DNA of 64,000 nt. It comes from Candidatus Paracaedibacteraceae bacterium. GTDB taxonomy: Bacteria; Pseudomonadota; Alphaproteobacteria; Paracaedibacterales; CAIOTO01. Made by a program: the position numbers and the translations under genes. The notes under the pieces are model-generated. The model had not been told where the DNA came from. It was given only the letters and a program-made list of their open reading frames with translations, and searched no databases. Shown piece by piece: positions 1 to 8,060 of this stretch; within the stretch, counting starts at the first letter, position 1; each line of letters begins with the position of its first letter. Location of the stretch: the NCBI GenBank assembly GCA_030694965.1, contig JAUYTZ010000009.1, positions 137,418 to 201,417 on the forward strand. Reading direction: 5' to 3'.

Positions 1-2
1 CG

Positions 3-383
3 GGAAATGAAACTATTATGCTTGTAGAAGACGAAGATGCTGTGCGTCTGTTTAGCGCACGTGCATTGCGTGATAAGGGATATACGATTATTGAAGCAGA
101 GAATGGAAATAAGGCATTAGAACTTGTTGAGCAAGGCGAAAAATTTGATTTGCTTGTAACCGACGTTGTTATGCCTCATATGGATGGTCCAACGCTTTGT
201 AAAAAAATTAGAGATATTTATCCTGAGATGAAAACTATTTTTATATCAGGATACACAGAAGATACATTTAGAAAAAATTTAGGCCACAATGCAGATATTC
301 ATTTTTTGCAAAAGCCATTTACATTGAAAGATCTAGCACAAAAAGTGAAGGATGTTCTTAGAGCAAGCGATAAAGCTGCCTAG
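3..383 (+). CDS. cckA: C-terminal receiver domain of hybrid histidine kinase, CckA-like (5' partial)
   Basis: Frame is open from the window start: GNETIMLVEDEDAVR...LLVTDVVMP...IFISGY...FLQKPF. This is a receiver domain with the CckA-type lead-in; the gene name is by resemblance only. Confidence 0.7.
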   Translation, partial: GNETIMLVEDEDAVRLFSARALRDKGYTIIEAENGNKALELVEQGEKFDLLVTDVVMPHMDGPTLCKKIRDIYPEMKTIFISGYTEDTFRKNLGHNADIHFLQKPFTLKDLAQKVKDVLRASDKAA

Positions 384-386
384 AAT

Positions 387-1328
387 TTATATTTTTTTAA
401 TTAATATAGGTAAAATGCGATCGAGTTCTTTTAGTGGCTTAAATTTTTCAGGCCATTTTTTTCTTGCAAAAACTGCATGTTGAGCCTTTATTATAGCTTT
501 ATAAAAACGATCAAAGCGTTTGTTACAAATAGGAAGTTGCCAAATTTCAACGGGTTTCCCAAGATAACAGGCTTCTGAAATCATGCTGATTGAATCGCTT
601 GTAACAAGAATTTCATTCGCTGCCCCTATATAGGAAAAGTAAGGGTTCTCGCCTGTGTTGTCCCAAATAGTAGAATCAATGTGAGCTAACTCACGTCTTA
701 GTATGTCAACACCAAACATAGGTGTTCGGCGTGAGGGGGAAATTAAAATTTTTGTGTGGGATTTGCTTGCTGCTTTTTCTTTTAAATAAGTAGAAATTTC
801 AATAAAGTCTTTTTCTTGAAAGGTGTAATGTTTGCTATTTCCACCTAAAAGAACTGTGATTATATTGTGGTCTTTAAAAGGCTTTGTGGTAAAAGATGCA
901 CTATTATGAGGATGTAATGATCCTAACGTTTCAATAACATTTGTATGCTCTCCAATACCGTCATGTTGCGGCGGGATAATAACCTTAAAATAATTAAGTG
1001 GGCAGCGCGGATTTAGAAGCGCAATAGTTGGTATGTGTTTTGCAACCGGTGATGCAAGTAAAAATGCTTGTCTGCCTGCTGCAATGATAAGAGATGGTTG
1101 TTTTTTGATGTTTGTAGGTAGTAGTGCTATTGGCCAATGGCGTGTTAAGCGTGGAGTCAGAACTTTAAACCAAAAAGGAAGATTAACATCTATATAAATA
1201 AGTTCGGCATCAAAATGGTTTGCTAAAGGCTTTGCAAGCGCCTCACATTGACGAAGTGTACCAATTTTGCCTTTATCACACAGAATAAGAATGATCTTTT
1301 TCTGCTTTGTAAAAATTTTATTGTGCAC
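387..1328 (-). CDS. ELM1 (mitochondrial fission ELM1 / GtrOC1) family putative glycosyltransferase-like protein
   Basis: Motifs LIIAAGR, IIPPQHD, LLGGNSKHY, SPSRRTP, GENPYFSY, VTSDSISMISEA. Probable GTG start at 1328 overlaps the upstream stop; the ORF track extends it to 1385. Confidence 0.8.
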   Translation of the reverse strand: MHNKIFTKQKKIILILCDKGKIGTLRQCEALAKPLANHFDAELIYIDVNLPFWFKVLTPRLTRHWPIALLPTNIKKQPSLIIAAGRQAFLLASPVAKHIPTIALLNPRCPLNYFKVIIPPQHDGIGEHTNVIETLGSLHPHNSASFTTKPFKDHNIITVLLGGNSKHYTFQEKDFIEISTYLKEKAASKSHTKILISPSRRTPMFGVDILRRELAHIDSTIWDNTGENPYFSYIGAANEILVTSDSISMISEACYLGKPVEIWQLPICNKRFDRFYKAIIKAQHAVFARKKWPEKFKPLKELDRILPILIKKI

Positions 1329-1608
1329 GCCTAAAATTTTCTGCGTAGGTACGTCTTCGTGGAGATGCGATGTGCGCTGCGTCAATCGAATATTTTAAGT
1401 TATGACTATCAGCGAAGGTACGTGCCGATATAAGCGAGTCAAAAGTGATTTTAATCTGTCGAAGTGTATCTGATGTTGCATTCCAGGCTGTTTCTAGATC
1501 CCTAATGCTACCTGGGTTACTTTCGACGTCAAGGACCCATCCGGCTTGTCTGGCTCTACCTGATTGTGTAGGGGATTTTTTTGTTGGGTATATTTTTGCA
1601 TAAATCAT
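1318..1608 (-). CDS. ETC complex I subunit family protein (NDUFS4-like)
   Basis: MIYAKIYPTKKSPTQSGRA...WVLD...DTLRQIKITF...RRRTYAENF pattern. Start set at ATG 1608 because the longer ORF runs into tRNA-Pro. Confidence 0.8.
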   Translation of the reverse strand: MIYAKIYPTKKSPTQSGRARQAGWVLDVESNPGSIRDLETAWNATSDTLRQIKITFDSLISARTFADSHNLKYSIDAAHIASPRRRTYAENFRRAQ

Positions 1609-1630
1609 TTTTATGACCTTTAAATATAAG

Positions 1631-1707
1631 TGGTCGGGAAGAGAGGATTTGAACCTCCGACATCCAGTACCCAAAACTGGCGCGCTACCAGGCTGCGCTA
1701 CTTCCCG
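1631..1707 (-). tRNA. tRNA-Pro (TGG)
   Basis: Reverse complement CGGGAAGTAGCGCAGCCTGGTAGCGCG-CCAGT TTTGGGT ACTGG-ATGTCGGAGGTTCAAATCCTCTCTTCCCGACCA: cloverleaf, anticodon TGG, encoded CCA. Confidence 0.97.
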
Positions 1708-1764
1708 AACTTATTGTTTATTTATAGGAGAAAACGGACGGTTTGGCAAGCACTATTTTTTTAT

Positions 1765-2808
1765 TTAGTGGAAATTTTTCGTAGATTCTTTATAAAAATC
1801 CTCCCAAACTTTTACCACTTTATGCATTAGTGTAGGCATTCCATACTTGGAAAGCTCGTGCGGAGATACCCAAATGCCATCAGTGATTTTTTTGGTACTT
1901 GCCATAATGACTGTTAGTTGAAGATCAAAGTGGCTAAACACATGTTTGATAGGTTTTTCATATTGTTTTTGAATGACCAGATCGGGCAAAGAAATAGGGT
2001 CAAATTCAAAGCATGTTGTTGGAAAAATAAACATATTTGAAAATAATCCCTTATCAGGACGTTTTTCAATTAATAGCTGGTCTAGTGGATTTATTATAAC
2101 GTAGGCAGTAGCAATTCGTTTTGGCTTTATAGCTTTTGCAAGAAGCTTAGGGTAAAGATCAATTGTATTTGTTTTAAATGCTTGACATTCAACTGATAAA
2201 GGGCATTCGTTGCACAAAGGATTTTTAGGTTTGCATACAAGCGCACCAAGTTCCATGAGTGCTTGTGCACTATGGGTATTGTCTTTTTTTGCTGCAAACA
2301 TAGATACGCAATTTTGTACAAGATCGTGGAGTTTTGGTCCTTTTGGTTCTGGTAGAGTAAACAAACGCGATAAAACACGCATGACATTTCCATCTACAGG
2401 CATTGTTGGGTTATCAAAAGCGATAGCTGAAATAGATGCACTTGTGTAGGGTCCAACGCCCGCTAAGGTTTTTAGTTTTTCAATATCTTTGGGGAAGTAG
2501 CCAAATTCACAAATTTGTTGGCATGCTTTGTGCAGGTTTTTTGCCCGCGAGTAATAACCAAGGCCTTGCCATAAAGCATAGACGTCGTCTAGCGAAGCGT
2601 TTGCTAGCGATTCAAGTGTTGGAAACTTCTGAATAAAACGTTCAAAGTAAGGAATCACTGTTTGCACGGTTGTTTGCTGCAGCATAAATTCACTGACTAA
2701 CACATAATACGGGTTTGGTTCTTGGCCAATTTCTGCACGCCATGGCATTTTACGTTTAATTAAAAAATACCAATCTAAAAGCCGTTTTCTATTGGATGAA
2801 TTATTCAC
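1765..2808 (-). CDS. mutY: A/G-specific adenine glycosylase MutY
   Basis: MPWR, VSEFMLQQT, WQGLGYYSRA, HhH LAGVGPYT, VDGNVMRV, Fe-S motif CKPKNPLCNECPL. Start uncertain (GTG 2808, or 2850). Confidence 0.95.
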   Translation of the reverse strand: MNNSSNRKRLLDWYFLIKRKMPWRAEIGQEPNPYYVLVSEFMLQQTTVQTVIPYFERFIQKFPTLESLANASLDDVYALWQGLGYYSRAKNLHKACQQICEFGYFPKDIEKLKTLAGVGPYTSASISAIAFDNPTMPVDGNVMRVLSRLFTLPEPKGPKLHDLVQNCVSMFAAKKDNTHSAQALMELGALVCKPKNPLCNECPLSVECQAFKTNTIDLYPKLLAKAIKPKRIATAYVIINPLDQLLIEKRPDKGLFSNMFIFPTTCFEFDPISLPDLVIQKQYEKPIKHVFSHFDLQLTVIMASTKKITDGIWVSPHELSKYGMPTLMHKVVKVWEDFYKESTKNFH

Positions 2809-2824
2809 TAAAGTGACATCAGAA

Positions 2825-2853
2825 TTGACAAAAAGTTGTGAAGATTGCACAGT
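2825..2853 (+). promoter_or_regulatory. Candidate sigma70 promoter of dciA
   Basis: TTGACA (2825-2830), 17-nt spacer, then CACAGT (weak -10), directly upstream of ATG 2861. Confidence 0.35.
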
Positions 2854-2860
2854 GTTGCTT

Positions 2861-3394
2861 ATGATGAAAAAAAACTATACTCAATACCTAACTGATTCAG
2901 CGCAAAAACGCCATGGAATTAATCGAATTTCCGTAACAACAAAGGTTCTTTTGAAACCTTTGATGGATAACTATGGTAAAGCCTATGTTCAAATTTTGCT
3001 CGATTGGCCGGATATTATTGGCAAGCATTTTGCTGACGTTACAAGTTTTATGCAGTTGAAATTTCCACTCGGAAAAAAGATAGATGGTGTCTTGCATTTG
3101 CGCTGTATTTCAGCGGCTATTCCTTTGTTGCAGGCCCAATCTCCGCAAATCATCGATCGTATTAATCGTTATTTTGGTTATAAAGCGGTTGTTCAAATTC
3201 GGTTTCAAGCGGGTTTGGTTATAAATAAAAAAAATAAAAGTTGTGTTAATCAAATTGTTTTATCTGAAGAAAAAACCTCAGAGATAAAAGAAATTACACG
3301 AACGATTAAGGATGATAAGTTAAGAGAAGCGCTTGAGCGGTTAGGCGCAGGCATTTTTAAAGAAGAGGAAGCTGCACATGTTAAAAAAAGCTGA
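2861..3394 (+). CDS. dciA: DciA (DUF721) family helicase loader
   Basis: ILLDWPDIIG...GVLHLRC...PQIIDRINRYFGYKAVVQIRFQ...DDKLREALERLG. Divergent from mutY, as is usual in Alphaproteobacteria. Confidence 0.85.
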   Translation: MMKKNYTQYLTDSAQKRHGINRISVTTKVLLKPLMDNYGKAYVQILLDWPDIIGKHFADVTSFMQLKFPLGKKIDGVLHLRCISAAIPLLQAQSPQIIDRINRYFGYKAVVQIRFQAGLVINKKNKSCVNQIVLSEEKTSEIKEITRTIKDDKLREALERLGAGIFKEEEAAHVKKS

Positions 3395-4544
3395 TTTAGT
3401 GGCTGTTTTTCAAAATGCATGTAAATCTAGAAAACGATTTGCAATTGGTATTGAGCATGAACAATTTGTTTTTCAACCTAATATGACAAGAGCAGCCTAT
3501 GCTGGAAAATCCGGCATTAAGGAGCTACTCGTTTTTTTTAAACAATTTGGTTATAAAGATGTTCGTGAAAGAGGAAAGCTTATAGGGCTTTTTAATCCTA
3601 ACACAAGGCAGTCTATTAGCTTAGAGCCAGGTGGACAATTTGAGCTTGCAGGTGCACCGCTTAAAACGATAGAAGAAGTGCGCCTTGAAATTACGCAACA
3701 TTTTGAACGTCTTGATATGGCATCGAAAGAGTTAAATATTTCATTTTTGGCAGCAGGCTTTGATCCCTATAATACGCGTGAATCAATGCATTGGATGCCT
3801 AAAGGGCGTTATGCTATTATGAGCCGCTATATGGAAACTGTAGGTTCCATGGGGCTCGATATGATGACGCGCACATGTACGGTGCAGGTTAATCTTGATT
3901 ACTCATCTGAGGCTGACATGGCACGTAAAATGCGTGTGGGTATGGCATTGCAGCCGTTAGTTGCAGCATATTTTGCGAAGTCAACGATGGTGGAAGGAAA
4001 AGATTCGGGGTATAAACAATATCGCACACTTGTTTGGCAAAACACAGATCCAGCACGTTCAGGAATTTTACCGTTCGTCTTTGATGATGATTTCGGCTTT
4101 GAACGTTATGTAGATTATTTACTTGAAGTACCTATGTACTTTGTTAAGCGTGATGGTCAATATTATGATATGGCGGGGCATTCATTTTATGATTTTATGA
4201 ATGGTATTTTACCTGGATTTGAAGGTGATTTTGCAACACTGAGCGACTTTGACGATCATATATCAGTGGCATTCCCAGAAGTTAGGTTGAAGCGCTTCAT
4301 TGAATTACGTGGCGCAGACAGTGGCGATGTTGATCATATTATGGCAGTTACGTCTTTTTGGGTGAATTTGTTTTATAACAAAGCAGCTCTTGATGCAGCT
4401 TTTGAATTAATAAAAAATTGGACCTATGAAGATGTACTTGATGTTTACATACACGTTCCGAAAGAGGGAACTGAAGCTATTATCTGTGGAAAGCCGATTA
4501 AGGATTGGATGCAAATATTATTAGAAATAGCAGTGCCTGTATAA
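3378..4544 (+). CDS. gshA: Glutamate--cysteine ligase, alphaproteobacterial/plant type (C-terminus appears short)
   Basis: IGIEHEQF, ISLEPGGQFELAGAP, WMPKGRY, TCTVQVNLD, FPEVRLKRFIELRGADSG. Confidence 0.93.
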   Translation: MLKKADLVAVFQNACKSRKRFAIGIEHEQFVFQPNMTRAAYAGKSGIKELLVFFKQFGYKDVRERGKLIGLFNPNTRQSISLEPGGQFELAGAPLKTIEEVRLEITQHFERLDMASKELNISFLAAGFDPYNTRESMHWMPKGRYAIMSRYMETVGSMGLDMMTRTCTVQVNLDYSSEADMARKMRVGMALQPLVAAYFAKSTMVEGKDSGYKQYRTLVWQNTDPARSGILPFVFDDDFGFERYVDYLLEVPMYFVKRDGQYYDMAGHSFYDFMNGILPGFEGDFATLSDFDDHISVAFPEVRLKRFIELRGADSGDVDHIMAVTSFWVNLFYNKAALDAAFELIKNWTYEDVLDVYIHVPKEGTEAIICGKPIKDWMQILLEIAVPV

Positions 4545-4939
4545 AGTTTAGTACTTTTTAACGCTTATAATTTAAATTTTATTTTAAGGTGTTTATAGAA
4601 ACTTTGTATAATTAGGCAATAAATTCTGTAATGCATCTACCATGCGGTTCCGTCTCATCTATGAAGGATATGTCTTTTTTTGAAGTACAGTTCACTTTTT
4701 GTCAAAGAGTGGCTCAATTTCTAAGACATAAAACTCTGAATAGTAATATCTGTTGTGTTGTAATGTCACATACTACCTCGATTCTTTGTTGTCTAACACA
4801 TCAATGGGCATCATTAATTTTTGAAATATATCTCATATTTACCCAAATTCACTACACAGATGAGCTGCACTTTGATCAAAATAATATTTAGTTAACTTGT
4901 CTTTGAAAAAAAACAGAAAAAAATGCACTCCACTTTTAA

Positions 4940-5025
4940 AGAACTATTTCAAGTTTGGCAGTTTACCTCACACGCAATTGAACTCTACTTTGGAAAATGA
5001 CAATTTTCTTTTATGCAACACAGCC
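4940..5025 (+). mobile_element. IS5/IS903-like right-end remnant
   Basis: TTATGCAACACAGCC at 5011-5025 (rc GGCTGTGTTGCA, resembling the IS903-subgroup IR start GGCTTTGTTG). The same 12-mer recurs at 6621-6632. No intact transposase. Confidence 0.4.
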
Positions 5026-5170
5026 CCGATCACCCAGTTAAGTGTCTCATAATCTAAAGGTGCGATATTTTTTTAAATATTAATTACAGATGAAAAATAA
5101 TTTATGTTGAAATATGAAATATAAATAACTATATATTAATACATGTTATCTTTTTAAAGAAAAATATCTT

Positions 5171-6000
5171 ATAAAAAAATACTTTATTAGCTGCTTAACG
5201 ATGATTTTTTTAAACAATGTTGCTTGTTTTTCTGCTCAAAATATTAATGATTCTTCTGATTCTTATATAAATCTATCTCAAGTAAATTTGACTAGCATAT
5301 CAGATATTGATTTCGCGATTAGTTTTATTAGAAATAAAGAAAAAATATCAATACACGAGCTGAAATTGCAAATAAATTTTTAATAAATCGTGCATTGGAT
5401 CAGTATCTCGATATTGTTGCGCCAATCGCCACTATACTCACGCAAGACGAAAAGGTTAAGATCAATACACGAGCTGACCTTGCAGTATCCATTTTAGCAC
5501 ATGCTGCATTAGTTCATTACCATCAAGAAATTGCACCAATCGCTATTACACTGACGCAAAACGAACAGGTGGATATCAATACACGAGCTGAAATTGCAAA
5601 TAATATTTTAACACATCGTGCATTGGATCAGCATCTCGATATTGTTGCGCCAATCGCCAATATACTCACGCAAGACGAACAGGTTAATATTAATACGCGA
5701 GCTGGCCTTGCTATATCTATTTTAGCACGTGCTGCATTAAATCAGTACCATAAAAAAATTGCACCATTCGTTACTACATTCATGGGAAACAAACAGGTGA
5801 ATATAAATGCAGAAGCTGGACTTTCTTCAAATATTTTAGGAATTTTTGCATTAGATCACTACCATCAAGAAATTGCACAAATCGCTATTACACTGGTGCA
5901 AAATGAACAGATGGATATCAATACACGAGAGCGTATTGAAAACTTTATTACTGTGCAAGCATTAGTATCACTTTCTAGTTCAAAAAGAAAAAGACCATAA
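5171..6000 (+). pseudogene. Frameshifted secreted-type protein with 38-aa tandem repeats
   Basis: ORFs 5201-5383 and 5395-6000 join if one A is added to the A6 run at 5340-5345. Repeat starts at 5347, 5461, 5575, 5689, 5803 and 5917 (114-bp period). Signal-like N-terminus IKKYFISCLTMIFLNNVACFSA; C-terminal KRKRP. Confidence 0.75.
5347..5960 (+). repeat. 114-bp tandem coding repeat (5 full units plus a partial sixth)
   Basis: ATCAATACACGAGCTGA-like unit starts spaced exactly 114 bp apart; units alternate between two types. Confidence 0.95.
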
Positions 6001-6019
6001 TACGCAATGTGCAAAGTTT

Positions 6020-6099
6020 TGTACAAGTAATTTGAAAGAGTCACAGAGTTCTGTTTAGGGGGAGTAGTGTATAGAGTAATCCTGGGCTGGCTACTCGAC
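6020..6099 (+). mobile_element. Degenerate group II intron 3' end (domains V-VI remnant)
   Basis: TAATTT-GAAA-GAGTCA-C..GTTCTGT..GGGGG resembles D5 with a GAAA loop. It is followed by a D6-like stem GGGAGT/GCT(A)CTC with a bulged A and a GTAA loop, and ends in CTACTCGAC. Confidence 0.45.
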
Positions 6100-6123
6100 T
6101 ATATGGAGTGCTAGAAGCTAATA

Positions 6124-6337
6124 GGGGTCTTGTGGAAGAAATGCCAAAATTGTTCATTTTGGGATTAAATCTCAACATCTTTTGTTTTTTTTCAATGATT
6201 TTGGCAATAATATTTTAATTAATCTAATAGTAAAATATTGTTTGGATCTTAAATATTAAAATTTTCATTTCAATAAGGACTTAAACTGGTAATGAAATAG
6301 AAAATGAGCAGTTTTGGCATTTCTTCCACAGGTCCCC
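6124..6337. mobile_element. MITE (214 bp) with 37-bp terminal inverted repeats
   Basis: Left GGGGTCTTGTGGAAGAAATGCCAAAATTGTTCATTTT; rc of right GGGGACCTGTGGAAGAAATGCCAAAACTGCTCATTTT (33/37 identical). AT-rich non-coding interior. Confidence 0.8.
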
Positions 6338-6477
6338 ATTTAATAAGCTTCCTATAAATAACTATAGAAATAAAATGGCTAGAATTTTACTAATAGATGT
6401 AAAAGTTCCGGCAGCTCGACCATAGCCTAAGCAGAAATAATACCTAAAACAAAAAAGATTAATATGTACGTTATCAT
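6338..6477 (-). pseudogene. DUF1328 (YtjA/UPF0391) small membrane protein pseudogene
   Basis: MITYILIFFVLGIISA / LGYGRAAGTFTSISKILAILFL*LFIGSLLN with one frameshift and one internal TAG. The 3' end abuts the MITE. Confidence 0.7.
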
Positions 6478-6512
6478 AAATATTTCCTTTCAATTGCAAG
6501 ATGATTTTCAAA

Positions 6513-6548
6513 TGTTATTAAAGATACTATTGTTATTAAAGATACTAT
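6513..6548 (+). repeat. 18-bp direct tandem duplication
   Basis: TGTTATTAAAGATACTAT x2. Confidence 0.9.
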
Positions 6549-6559
6549 TATAGTATTAC

Positions 6560-6632
6560 AATAAACATATTAAACAAGTGGAAAAAGAACGGATAAAACT
6601 TACGGCATGCTCTTTTTTTGTGCAACACAGCC
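6560..6632 (+). mobile_element. Second IS5/IS903-like right-end remnant
   Basis: TGCAACACAGCC at 6621-6632, preceded by a frame reading INILNKWKKNG* that resembles the IS903-type transposase C-terminus (xNILNKMxxLG). Confidence 0.4.
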
Positions 6633-6808
6633 TAATCTTTAAAGCTTTTGAAAATAAAAAACGGCGATCCATGTTAATTCTTCTTTTTTTAAAAGAAATC
6701 TAACATGTCTCTTAACTATTTACCCATCTATTTTTAATAAGAGCCATTTTTAATGCTAACAGGGTATTTGAATTTTTTTATCATCAGCTTTTCTATAAAA
6801 GATTAGTT

Positions 6809-8038
6809 CTATCCAGTTAACACAATACCATTTTCCGGACGCCAATAAAGATAAACTTCATCATCCCACTTTACGTCACGATCTGTTAAACGTAGCAAAT
6901 TCGTCATAGCAGCTTGCACGCGTTTACCTGATTCAAGCTCAATATGATAAATAGACATATCTCCTAGGTAGCCAATTTCACGTACAATCCCTTTGGCACA
7001 ATTGCGTTTTAAAGGGACTTCCATTTGTTGCTCTAATTGAGTTGCCTCTTCATTAGATTCATCAAGAATTTCTTCCTCTTGGAATGTTTGCAAAGGATAT
7101 TCATCTGGTGAAATAGTTGAAATTGTTATTTTTTCAGGCCGAATAGCAACAGAAACATGTGCTCCTAGTGGCATTGCTGCTGTATGTGTAATATAAAGTT
7201 GTCCACCAGCTTCTGGAGCATCTATGACAACATGGTCAGGTTCATCTGCAATAACTACGCCATTAAAAACGTTCATTGTGCCAATAAATTCTGCAACATA
7301 GCGAGAGTTTGGAAATTCATAAATATCGTGCGGAACTCCAATTTGACGAATGCGACCTTCTTCCATGATAGCCATTCGCGTTGACATGGTCATTGCTTCT
7401 TCTTGGTCGTGGGTAACAACAATAAACGTCACACCCACTTTTTCTTGAATGTTAACAAGTTCAAATTGAGTTTGTTCACGTAGTTTTTTATCAAGTGCTG
7501 CCATAGGCTCGTCAAGCAATACAAGTTTTGGTTGTTTAACAAGACTTCTAGCCAATGCGACACGTTGTTTTTGACCACCTGATAATTGATTTGGTTTGCG
7601 ATCCGCAAAGGATGCCATTTGAACCAATTCAAGCACTTGAAACACGCGCTGTTTAATTTCTGATTTTTCCATGCGTTCTTGTTTTAGTCCAAATGCAATA
7701 TTTTGAAAAACAGTCATGTGTGGAAACAATGCATAGGATTGAAACATCATGTTAACAGGGCGTTTGTATGCAGGCCAGTTAGTGATGTCTATACCATCAA
7801 TCAAAATACGCCCAGATGTTGGATTTTCAAAGCCCGCCAATATGCGAAGCAGCGTTGTCTTTCCGCAGCCTGATGCGCCGAGCAATGAAAACAGTTCGCC
7901 TTTATAAACGGATAAGTTTAAATTTTTAACAGCGTGAATGTTATCAAAACTTTTACTAATGTTTTCCAATTGAATGTAAGGCTTTGCTGTAGGATCTTGC
8001 CACAGCTCTAATACATTTTGTCCGGTACGGTGTTGCAT
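6809..8038 (-). CDS. potG: Polyamine (putrescine) ABC transporter ATP-binding subunit PotG/PotA
   Basis: GASGCGKTT, MMFQSYALFPH, LSGGQKQR, LLDEP, C-terminal TOBE domain. Confidence 0.92.
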   Translation of the reverse strand: MQHRTGQNVLELWQDPTAKPYIQLENISKSFDNIHAVKNLNLSVYKGELFSLLGASGCGKTTLLRILAGFENPTSGRILIDGIDITNWPAYKRPVNMMFQSYALFPHMTVFQNIAFGLKQERMEKSEIKQRVFQVLELVQMASFADRKPNQLSGGQKQRVALARSLVKQPKLVLLDEPMAALDKKLREQTQFELVNIQEKVGVTFIVVTHDQEEAMTMSTRMAIMEEGRIRQIGVPHDIYEFPNSRYVAEFIGTMNVFNGVVIADEPDHVVIDAPEAGGQLYITHTAAMPLGAHVSVAIRPEKITISTISPDEYPLQTFQEEEILDESNEEATQLEQQMEVPLKRNCAKGIVREIGYLGDMSIYHIELESGKRVQAAMTNLLRLTDRDVKWDDEVYLYWRPENGIVLTG

Positions 8039-8060
8039 GTTTGTTCTCTTTTATTTTATT

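Noticed and set aside
1609-1830. ORF 1630-1830 (+) and the N-terminal extension of ORF 1318-1674
   Set aside because: They are translations of tRNA-Pro sequence.
4631-4891. 86-aa ORF in the islet
   Set aside because: No recognisable motif or RBS; probably degraded DNA. A minus-strand SFIDET resembling the IS66 DET motif lacked any supporting context.
5347-5960. 114-bp periodic repeat as a CRISPR array
   Set aside because: The whole unit is repeated in frame with no unique spacers, and there are no cas genes.
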